Counted from the first letter of the stretch, positions 11,983 through 19,344 are shown. The stretch is DNA of 64,000 nt from Thermoplasmatales archaeon (GCA_027366585.1 DAHXNF010000040.1:5740-69739); one strand, 5' to 3'. Program-made: numbers and translations. Notes: generated by a model not told the origin, from the letters alone.

Positions 11983-14900
11983 ATGACTTCAACGGAGCAT
12001 TTGTGTACTTATTACGATAGCGAAAGTGACCAATGTAGAGTTAACCGCAAATCTCCCAGCATCTTCGGTAAAGATCACTACACTCGGTTTTGTTCAAGTT
12101 CGCTTGAATCTTGGGTATTCTGCCATGAGTATATAGTAGGCGAGCTAAAGAAGAACGACTTTAAAGACATTGTAGACCTAGAAAAGATCGGCTCGGCAGA
12201 ATATAGTTCATTGAAAAACTTGACTGGACCAAAATTAGCGAATTTGGTTTTGTTCCTAAATTTGCCATCGATTAGCAATTGCAGTAAATGCAAAAATACC
12301 CCTTACAAAGTTGGAAAAAGTAAAAAAAGCACAGGTATGTGCTGGGAGCATAACATAAAGATGCAAAAGACAATATTTATGCTAGAAACTGTGCATCACT
12401 TTGTGAATTCTGATAATTTACTTCCATTTTCTTTCACTCTGGGAACTCACGGACCTATGAGCGATGCATTAACAAGTTATCTAGTTGACAAACGCATTTC
12501 ACCTGAAGAATGGTTGGAAATGAAATCTAGACCCGACTTAGGATTAGGGGAAAGTGCACATGGTATTGTTAGCAGGTTAGTAAAATCTTACTTTAGCGCT
12601 GATCCTCGCGAAATGGAACTGCTAACTTCTGAGGTTGTAAAGCTTGAGGCAGAAGGCTTCATAAAAAAGTCAAAATATCTTGACCTTGGCGTTTCGACCG
12701 ATTCTATTTCACTATTCGAAAAAAACCTAAACGAAAAGTATGAATCAAAAAATATAGGAAATTTCGCTGAAGATTGGAAATTACTCAAGAAACCACTTGA
12801 AGAAACCTTTATTAAATTGAGGAGTTTAGGGTATGAATATTCAAAGATACTGGGAATAGGTAGTTCTGCGGTAGCATTTTTGGTAGAAAAAGTGAAAAAT
12901 GAACAAGTGATTTCTCACGAGCGATACAAAGTAGTCAAGTTTCCTCGACCCACACAAGGAGAATTCAAACTATCTAATCTAAGAGCAATCAAGGGTGAAG
13001 CGGACAAGTTGGCTAAATTGCACCACCCAAACATTGTGTCAGTCAATCATATTGAAACCATCAAAACCGGAGTTGTCGGTAAAGAGGATTCCCTGATGTG
13101 GTTTCTCATGGAATACATTGAAGGTGCTGTAGACTTGGGTGAATTTGTGGATTTCGAGACTCCACAACCCCATTCTGTCCAAACACATGGAGGTGGACTC
13201 ACAGCCTTTGACCAAGTTTTGAGTAGTATTGGAAAGAAGAAACCTACTTTTAATTTTACTTTCGAAAACTTCATACAAATTTTTAGAGACGTCGGAGACG
13301 GACTGTCATATCTCCATAGTGAAGGAATTGTGCACCTTGATGTCAAACCCGGAAATATTTTGATATCCAGAACGCCTAATACTGGTGTGTGCAGGGCATT
13401 CATTACTGATTTAGGCTACTCTGTTTACAAGAACTTCAATGAAAGCGCGGAGAACTCTTCTGAATCAACTAAAATCAACATCAGGTGCGACTACGAAGTC
13501 GCTCCCCCATTTTTTAAAAACTGTCTTGAAAAGGGATACTCACGGGAAGGTATGGTTTATTCTATCGGGGTGAGGGAATTGAAAAACTACGGGGACCTTT
13601 TCGATCTCTACGAGCTTGGTAAGACTATGAAGATTATCTTCGAGAAAATAGACCATGGCATGGTCAAGTTTGGACTTTCAGATGATTGGATTGATCCATA
13701 CAGAAAGAGGTATGTCTATATAATCATAGGGAGGCTATTGTCAAACTCCGCATTTCCTGAAACTAATGAGAATTCAGAAGGCTTAAACGAATTTAGCTAC
13801 TATTTGACCCGAGTTACTCTTGAGTCGGCGAAGCAGCTTAAATTCGACTCGGCTTCTGATTTTGTAATTGAATTAGATAAGATGAATGCAAGGGTTGCAC
13901 TGATTAGTTTACTGCCCGAGGCTTCTATAATGGAGAACGAGACTATTAGGCTGCTAAACGTAGGTGGTTCACAGCTGATGGCACCATTATCTAACCGAGT
14001 CAAAAAAATAGTCGATCACGTTAAGTTTGCCAGACTGTCTAACGTGAGCCAGTTGGGGTTTGTTAGATTGGTCTTTCCTGGGGCTATAGGAACACGGTTT
14101 GAACATTCTATAGGCGTGTACTTGCTGACGATACAGTACATTATTGCACTTTGGAACGATAATTTGAATCCCATGTTCAAATCAGTCATGAGAAAGCAAG
14201 ACCTTGAACTCGCTATTCTGGCTGCGTTGCTACATGATGTTGGGTACTTTCCAATGGCACATGATCTTGAGGATACACATTTCATTAATCCAAAGGAAAC
14301 ACATAGTGGTCTGAAACTTCATGAGCAAATTGGGTTAGACGTTATACCACAATTCAAGGACGTTATGTCGGGCGAGTGGAGCGTTTCTGTCGAAGATGTA
14401 TATTCACTTTTGTCAGGCGATGAGTCGAATTATAAGAATAATGAATTCAGATGGAAAATAATAAGATCGCTAATTAGCGGCGTGATTGATTCTGACAAAC
14501 TGGATTACGTTTACAGAGATTGCAGACACTTAGGTCTACCTTACGCCGAAGGTATTGACCGGAGTCAAATGATAAGGAATTTGACTCTAGAATATAGCGA
14601 AAACACAGATATTATTCAAAATGATAGAAAGAAGGAGATCCAAGATGGCCCGGAAATAGCAGTTAAGGAAAAAGGAAGGATAGCAGCTGAAATGCTATCA
14701 TTCGCAAGATATGCAATGTTCTCTGTTGCATATTGGCACCACACGGTTAGGATCTTGAAGCGAATGCTGAGTTTTGTTGTGGAGAAGATACCAGAAAGGA
14801 ATAAACGAAATGTTATGGAGTTTATTGAACAGTATGAGAAGGAATTTGATTTGAAACAAGACGCGGAAATACTTTGGGGCAGAACACTTGGTTATTCTGA

Positions 14901-15399
14901 TAAATCATTTTTGCTTATGTTGAAGCGTAATACTTCAGAAGAAGGGGCACTAATGATCGACTGTATCTTAGAGAGAAAACTTTACAAGAGAATTAAAGTA
15001 TATAATAGCACAGAACCTGAATTTGAAGAACTGCAAACTATAGATGTTTCACACCTTGAGCGTAAGTTTGCAGGTTTGGTAGAGGAAGAATTGAAGATTT
15101 CTGGCAAATCCGACGCAGAAATACATATAGGGATCCCACTCGTGCTAATCGATCAGCCTATTATGCAAAAGAAAGCTACTTTATTCACTGTACGTGAAGA
15201 CAATGAAATTAGGTTTAGGGCATTGAAATCTAATGTTAACGAATTGATTTATGATAAAGTGCTACCCGGTCTCGCGAAGATAAGAGTTTTGATACCATAT
15301 CATGTCTGGATACTTCTGAAGGAGAAACAAAAGTTGGATCTCAGAGATAAGATCGCAAAAGGAATATCAAAAGCAACTTCTAATGAACTTAGAAGGTAA
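11983..15399 (+). CDS. fusion protein: Cys-rich N-terminal region + Hanks-type Ser/Thr protein kinase + SAMHD1/dGTPase-type HD phosphohydrolase
   Basis: The track ORF 11974-15399 starts at TTG and the first ATG is at 11983. Kinase motifs are LGIGSSAVAF, YKVVKF, HLDVKPGNILI and ITDLGYS. HD motifs are RFEHSIGVY, LLHDVGYFPMAHD and DSDKLDYVYRDCRHLG. Single uninterrupted frame. Confidence 0.9.
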   Translation: MTSTEHLCTYYDSESDQCRVNRKSPSIFGKDHYTRFCSSSLESWVFCHEYIVGELKKNDFKDIVDLEKIGSAEYSSLKNLTGPKLANLVLFLNLPSISNCSKCKNTPYKVGKSKKSTGMCWEHNIKMQKTIFMLETVHHFVNSDNLLPFSFTLGTHGPMSDALTSYLVDKRISPEEWLEMKSRPDLGLGESAHGIVSRLVKSYFSADPREMELLTSEVVKLEAEGFIKKSKYLDLGVSTDSISLFEKNLNEKYESKNIGNFAEDWKLLKKPLEETFIKLRSLGYEYSKILGIGSSAVAFLVEKVKNEQVISHERYKVVKFPRPTQGEFKLSNLRAIKGEADKLAKLHHPNIVSVNHIETIKTGVVGKEDSLMWFLMEYIEGAVDLGEFVDFETPQPHSVQTHGGGLTAFDQVLSSIGKKKPTFNFTFENFIQIFRDVGDGLSYLHSEGIVHLDVKPGNILISRTPNTGVCRAFITDLGYSVYKNFNESAENSSESTKINIRCDYEVAPPFFKNCLEKGYSREGMVYSIGVRELKNYGDLFDLYELGKTMKIIFEKIDHGMVKFGLSDDWIDPYRKRYVYIIIGRLLSNSAFPETNENSEGLNEFSYYLTRVTLESAKQLKFDSASDFVIELDKMNARVALISLLPEASIMENETIRLLNVGGSQLMAPLSNRVKKIVDHVKFARLSNVSQLGFVRLVFPGAIGTRFEHSIGVYLLTIQYIIALWNDNLNPMFKSVMRKQDLELAILAALLHDVGYFPMAHDLEDTHFINPKETHSGLKLHEQIGLDVIPQFKDVMSGEWSVSVEDVYSLLSGDESNYKNNEFRWKIIRSLISGVIDSDKLDYVYRDCRHLGLPYAEGIDRSQMIRNLTLEYSENTDIIQNDRKKEIQDGPEIAVKEKGRIAAEMLSFARYAMFSVAYWHHTVRILKRMLSFVVEKIPERNKRNVMEFIEQYEKEFDLKQDAEILWGRTLGYSDKSFLLMLKRNTSEEGALMIDCILERKLYKRIKVYNSTEPEFEELQTIDVSHLERKFAGLVEEELKISGKSDAEIHIGIPLVLIDQPIMQKKATLFTVREDNEIRFRALKSNVNELIYDKVLPGLAKIRVLIPYHVWILLKEKQKLDLRDKIAKGISKATSNELRR
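12832..13740 (+). other. protein kinase domain of the fusion protein
   Basis: Numbering is from track start 11974. G-loop G294-F302, Lys322 (VVKF), aC Glu in IKGEADKLAKL, catalytic loop H454-L-D456-VKPGN, D479-L-G. Confidence 0.85.
13987..14794 (+). other. HD phosphohydrolase domain (COG1078 / SAMHD1-like) of the fusion protein
   Basis: H711 (RFEHSIGVY), H754-D755 (LLHDVGY), D839..D841...D844 (DSDKLDYVYRD) and YWHH. This is the motif order of dNTP triphosphohydrolase-type HD proteins. Confidence 0.8.
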
Positions 15400-15517
15400 T
15401 GAATTGTCTTCTGGCAAATAGGTTCAAAGGACATATATGTGACTTTACATAAATCATTTAGCTGATTATTTGAAGATAACCTTCAATGCTGCCTGGATTG
15501 CTAATTGCCTTCAGGTG

Positions 15518-15949
15518 CTACACAATTTCTTCAAGATTTAGCTTTTTAATGACATCCTTCCCTATTTCGACATTAGATGCAGGGCTGTGTGCAAAGTTGT
15601 TGCCCATCTCCTTTGCATCCACTGGCTCCTTGATGGAACGTGCCCTGTTGTTTGTGAGGTTTCTTGTCTTCTCACGTATTCTCTTCTCGGATTTTGGAGA
15701 GGGAAAACATCTCATTACCCTCTTCCTCCTCCATCAGGAATACTGCCTCACAAACCTAAAGCCGAGGAATTCGATGCCACGCTCCGCTTCAACAAGTCTC
15801 GTCTTCTCAGGGTTGAGTGTAAGACCCAGGTCTTCTAGGATCATTTTTAGCTTCTCGTACAGGAAAGAGGAGGTGAGATCAGTCACGGGTGGATCCAGGT
15901 GCACAATCGAAGACGCACGGAAGATCACAGACTGCAAAGGAGATGGCAA
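15518..15949 (-). pseudogene. reverse transcriptase C-terminal fragment (group II intron RT/maturase-like), frameshifted
   Basis: The two minus-strand ORFs together read ...VIFRASSIVHL...LGLTLNPEKTRLVEAERGIEFLGFRFVRQ / PSPKSEKRIREKTRNLTNNR...NNFAHS... This matches RT domains 5-7 plus the thumb/X region. The YADD position reads ASSI and N-terminal RT domains are absent. Confidence 0.55.
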
Positions 15950-16320
15950 TGTATGGTGCCCTGACAGCTATCCTCTCAAACATTGAAAATAAGAATTACA
16001 TTGAGAATGTCCTCTCAAGGGTAGATTTCCTGAATGAGTTTGTATCCATGAGCCCAGAGGAGATGGATAATGCAAGGAAACTCGTAGGGCCGAACCCAAG
16101 TAAGCCAATAGTAAGAAAAGATTGGGAGATGAAGCCAGTTCTTGATATCATTGTGTAGATCCTTGAAACGTATGAGGATCTACCAATCAAAGAAGTAAAA
16201 GCATGGGTCAAATCGATCAAAACCTAAGAGTATTTTGACACCATATCGAACGATTATTAAAATTCCTACAAGCTTTCTCAAAAACCATATCGTTACCTTT
16301 TTTCATAACCCCAAGTCAAA

Positions 16321-16449
16321 TTGAATAAATCTGCTCCAGACAGGATCAAGGATATTCTTACAGACCTCTATAACAACGATACAGAGAAGGCAGGAAGGCC
16401 AAACTATGAGCCTGTGCTCGTGGTGAAAACATTACTGCTTATTCTCCTT
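16321..16449 (+). pseudogene. IS5/IS1182-type transposase N-terminal (DUF772-like) fragment
   Basis: Reads ...DTEKAGRPNYEPVLVVKTLLL, the GRP.y.P..m.K.LLL motif. It ends abruptly where IS630-derived sequence begins. Confidence 0.45.
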
Positions 16450-16567
16450 TAGTTTATTCTTTCCACGCTTATGCAGGTAATCGAAGCTTTGAGCCTCTGA
16501 TAGTTTTCTCAACTCCTCATTTGGCCTGGAATGTTTGCTGAATTCTTCAGAAAGGGCATTCTTCAGC

Positions 16568-17011
16568 TCACTCAGCAACCGGAAATACCTGTTGTGTTGC
16601 ATGCTTCTTTACAAGCTTCCTCACCCTTTCAATGGGGTTCAGTTCCGGTGAGTACGGTGGAAGAAATATCATATCAATACACGTAAGGAATGCATAATCT
16701 GTGATTAGACATGCATGGTGATACAGTGCATTGTTCAGTACAAGTATACTGTCCGGCAATCTTGCATGCACACGGGAGAGGAACTCCAGGAATGTGAGTG
16801 CATTGTACTTTTTCCTGACCTCGCTGACAAGGCTGCCGTCTTTTATGCTCACGGCACCGAAGACACTTATTCCTTTCCGGTTCGGTTCCTGCAGCACTGC
16901 TGGATCTGCATCTTCAGGAGGGTACCATGCCCTTACCCTAGTGCCGTGTTGATAGAAATGGCACTCATCCATGAATACAAGAGATTTTTCCTCACGAAGA
17001 AGTGCAGTCAT
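16568..17011 (-). CDS. IS630-family transposase orfB (DDE_3 catalytic part, probably inactive)
   Basis: 147 aa. LVFMDECHF (first D), VLNNALYHHA (second catalytic D reads N) and PPYSPELNPIERV. The ATG overlaps the orfA TGA (ATGA). Confidence 0.7.
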   Translation of the reverse strand: MTALLREEKSLVFMDECHFYQHGTRVRAWYPPEDADPAVLQEPNRKGISVFGAVSIKDGSLVSEVRKKYNALTFLEFLSRVHARLPDSILVLNNALYHHACLITDYAFLTCIDMIFLPPYSPELNPIERVRKLVKKHATQQVFPVAE

Positions 17012-17511
17012 TTTTTTTTGAAAATCTCTTTTTTGGCATCATCACCCTTTGCTATTACAGGTCTTGGTTTCCTCAGCCGGAGGCCAAGCTTCCTGAATAT
17101 CCTCTGGCACTGTCTGGTTCCCAGGACAATGCCATATCTGTCCTTTATGTGATGGCTAAGCAGTTTGCCATCCCAGAGATTCTGATCATAACCAAGGTCC
17201 ACAGGATTCTTCCGAAGATCCCTCCCTATTTCATCCATTATGCTCGACAGTCTTGCAGGCCTGCCAGGCCTCCCTTGTTCCCTGAGCCCGTCAAAACCAT
17301 CCTTCAGAAAAGCCTTGACCCATGTCTCTATGATCTTGGGGCTGTTGCCCATAACCTCAGATACCTGGTATGGGCTCATGCCGTTGGCCACAAGGAGGAG
17401 ACCATGAAGCCTGTGATCATACCTGGAATCATCGTTGCGTCTAATCTCGTCGATTATGTCCATCTTTCTGTCATCTGATATGGTAAGTTTTCTCATAATA
17501 CAGGTAATCAA
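17008..17511 (-). CDS. IS630-family transposase orfA (HTH / winged-helix part)
   Basis: 167 aa. SPYQVSEVMGNSPKIIETWVKAFLKDGFDGLREQGRPGRP...WDGKLLSHHIKDRYGIVLGTRQCQRIFRKLG is typical of the IS630/Tc1 N-terminal. Confidence 0.75.
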   Translation of the reverse strand: MITCIMRKLTISDDRKMDIIDEIRRNDDSRYDHRLHGLLLVANGMSPYQVSEVMGNSPKIIETWVKAFLKDGFDGLREQGRPGRPARLSSIMDEIGRDLRKNPVDLGYDQNLWDGKLLSHHIKDRYGIVLGTRQCQRIFRKLGLRLRKPRPVIAKGDDAKKEIFKKK

Positions 17512-17569
17512 AAAGTATATTTATACTATGCGCAAATAATTATGACGCCATGTATAGTACTTTGCACTT

Positions 17570-18538
17570 TTAGAGCTGATGCAAATCGTTCGAAGGCGGA
17601 GCAGTCACATTAGGTTGACTCGGTAGAGCTGTCTTAATAAAGGATTTTCCCATATTATTTTCCACTATCTTAACCGCTGTAGTGTATGTAAAAGTTATCA
17701 TTGCTGAATGATAAACAGACAGCACCAAGTCCTGTAAAGTCTGATCATCTTCTAAATTATCAATTTTCATTCCATGATTCCTAGCATTTTCTCTATCTAT
17801 GTATATACCGTGACTTTTGAATTCATGATGATCACTTAGCCAAGCAGAGATTTTGGACGCTTTGATCTTGGCATCCTGGTCGTCACCAAACATGTACGTT
17901 GTCAACCATTCACTCACTAAACTCTTTGAAAGTTCTAACTGATCTGATGCATCTTGAATTAACGCAGGTCCATACTGAGATATGATAGGCATCCAAACAC
18001 CGATACTATCTGGGTCATGTTTAATTTCCTCTTTTGCTTTCTCAAATTGGTCGATAATAGCTTGAGCAGGCCATGACATTGCACTTCCTTGATATGGAAG
18101 CACAAACTGAGGGTCAATAGGTCCAATGAAAGAATGTTTTCCCATTACTATCCGATTTGCTGAACAAGATAGCATAGTGGCAGCCGACATCGCGGCGTGA
18201 GGTACAATCACTCTAACATCAGTGAACCTCGTTCTCAAATATTTAACTAGTGCACCAGTAGCTTCAGCAGTACCTCCAGGGCTATGTACTATTAGGTCAA
18301 TTTCATTTCCGTCCAGTCCGTGTAACACTTCCATAAATGCTTCAATGTCCTCATCTGCTATGGATAACAATTCAGGAGATATTTGTCCTTTGGGTTGTGT
18401 CCAACTGGAAGCGTACAGTACTGCACTTCGATGAGTGTGCTCTGTAAGTTGTTTAAGATACTTCCGTCTCACAATATCGAACGCGGATGCCGTTGTAATT
18501 TGGGATATTTCGGCAAGTAGTTCACTCCAAGTAGGCAT
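17570..18538 (-). CDS. ClpP-fold serine protease, S49/SDH (serine dehydrogenase proteinase)-like
   Basis: 322 aa. IDLIVHSPGGTAEATGALVKYLR...VRVIVPHAAMSAATMLSCSANRIVMGKHSFIGPIDPQ matches the PF01972-type pattern (lhtPGG...vP..AMSgGT..alaad.i.M...a.lGPiDPQ). Confidence 0.75.
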   Translation of the reverse strand: MPTWSELLAEISQITTASAFDIVRRKYLKQLTEHTHRSAVLYASSWTQPKGQISPELLSIADEDIEAFMEVLHGLDGNEIDLIVHSPGGTAEATGALVKYLRTRFTDVRVIVPHAAMSAATMLSCSANRIVMGKHSFIGPIDPQFVLPYQGSAMSWPAQAIIDQFEKAKEEIKHDPDSIGVWMPIISQYGPALIQDASDQLELSKSLVSEWLTTYMFGDDQDAKIKASKISAWLSDHHEFKSHGIYIDRENARNHGMKIDNLEDDQTLQDLVLSVYHSAMITFTYTTAVKIVENNMGKSFIKTALPSQPNVTAPPSNDLHQL

Positions 18539-18540
18539 AC

Positions 18541-18735
18541 TCAGCGCCGTTTCATAGACGTCGAATCAGTAACTGAAACCTTCGGAAATGTACTATATAT
18601 TTTGTTATATTTTTGGTAAATTTCTATATGCTTCTGATACTGTCTGAAAAGTTGCTCTACTTCTCCAATACCAGGTTTTCTTTTGGTTATAATATCGTTA
18701 TACTCATCTTCAAAAGTCATAGTGTAAATCACCAT
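18541..18735 (-). CDS. hypothetical small protein (64 aa), translationally coupled to the protease
   Basis: The stop at 18541-18543 lies 2 nt from the protease ATG (18538). The ATG at 18735 sits about 23 nt downstream of a TATA-like catttataga on the minus strand, whereas the track start at 18750 is GTG. Helical, Lys/Glu/Tyr-rich, no family recognised. Confidence 0.45.
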   Translation of the reverse strand: MVIYTMTFEDEYNDIITKRKPGIGEVEQLFRQYQKHIEIYQKYNKIYSTFPKVSVTDSTSMKRR

Positions 18736-18870
18736 GCTCAAATACAACACAAATCTATAAATGTTGTTATTAAATGTAACAGGTTGCTGTTCTGTAGTTA
18801 AATCATTACTAGAACCGCTATGTCACTGGACCGAAAGATCCATATATAAAGATTGCATTATATTAATAAC

Positions 18871-19252
18871 ATGATTAAATTATTTGCAGAAACGCCAAGG
18901 GATCAGAGGATCATTGACGCCATGAAGAAGGCTGAGAAGTGGAAGGATAGGAAGATAGATGAACTGCAGGACGAGAATAAAGGTTGAAGGAACAGCTTGA
19001 TGAATACAAGAAACGCCACCCTTCCAACATAGGCGAGAAGAACGGCAAATCATACGAGATCATGCCACAGCCTACAGAAAGGAAGAAACCGGTACTGAAG
19101 AAGGGCCACATAGGTTTCTTCAGAAGATCGCCTGACAGCATAGACCAAGTGGTGTATGTTGTCAATATGCACTACAAAAGAGATTAAGCGTGCACACGCT
19201 CTAATTGCCTCTCTGGAATCTATCGGCGATAAAAATCATGTAAACTCACGAT
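18871..19252 (+). pseudogene. IS66-family-like transposase N-terminal remnant, right copy (frameshifted, truncated)
   Basis: Coiled-coil N-terminus MIKLFAETPRDQRIIDAMKKAEKWKDRKIDELQDENK, then a frameshift to LKEQLDEYKKRHP...ERKKPVLKKGHIGFFRRSPDSID, the IS66 G.pGH.G..R motif. The zinc-finger-like IASLESIGDK lies in a third frame. Confidence 0.5.
19203..19252. repeat. direct repeat copy B (50 nt) matching 11884-11932
   Basis: See copy A. Weaker similarity extends about 40 nt further upstream in both copies (atgcactaca..agag). Confidence 0.9.
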
Positions 19253-19344
19253 TTGTATGCCAAAATCCCCAGCTTCTTATATATCATTAAGGTATCTGAT
19301 AATGCTTGAAAGCAGAACAAACGTTATCGACGGCCACGGATCAC

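Larger units (their letters stand above)
16450..17560 (-). mobile_element. IS630-family insertion sequence, decaying copy (ends not resolved)
   Basis: Contains orfA (HTH) and orfB (DDE_3-like) joined across an A9 run. The C-terminal about 45 aa lie in a third frame. I could not identify terminal inverted repeats by eye. Confidence 0.6.

Noticed and set aside
16474-17520. caggtaatc occurs near both flanks of the IS630 copy (about 16475 and about 17510). I considered these as element ends or a target duplication.
   Set aside because: This is a 9-nt direct match, not an inverted one. One copy lies inside the presumed transposase C-terminal coding region. It is compatible with chance.
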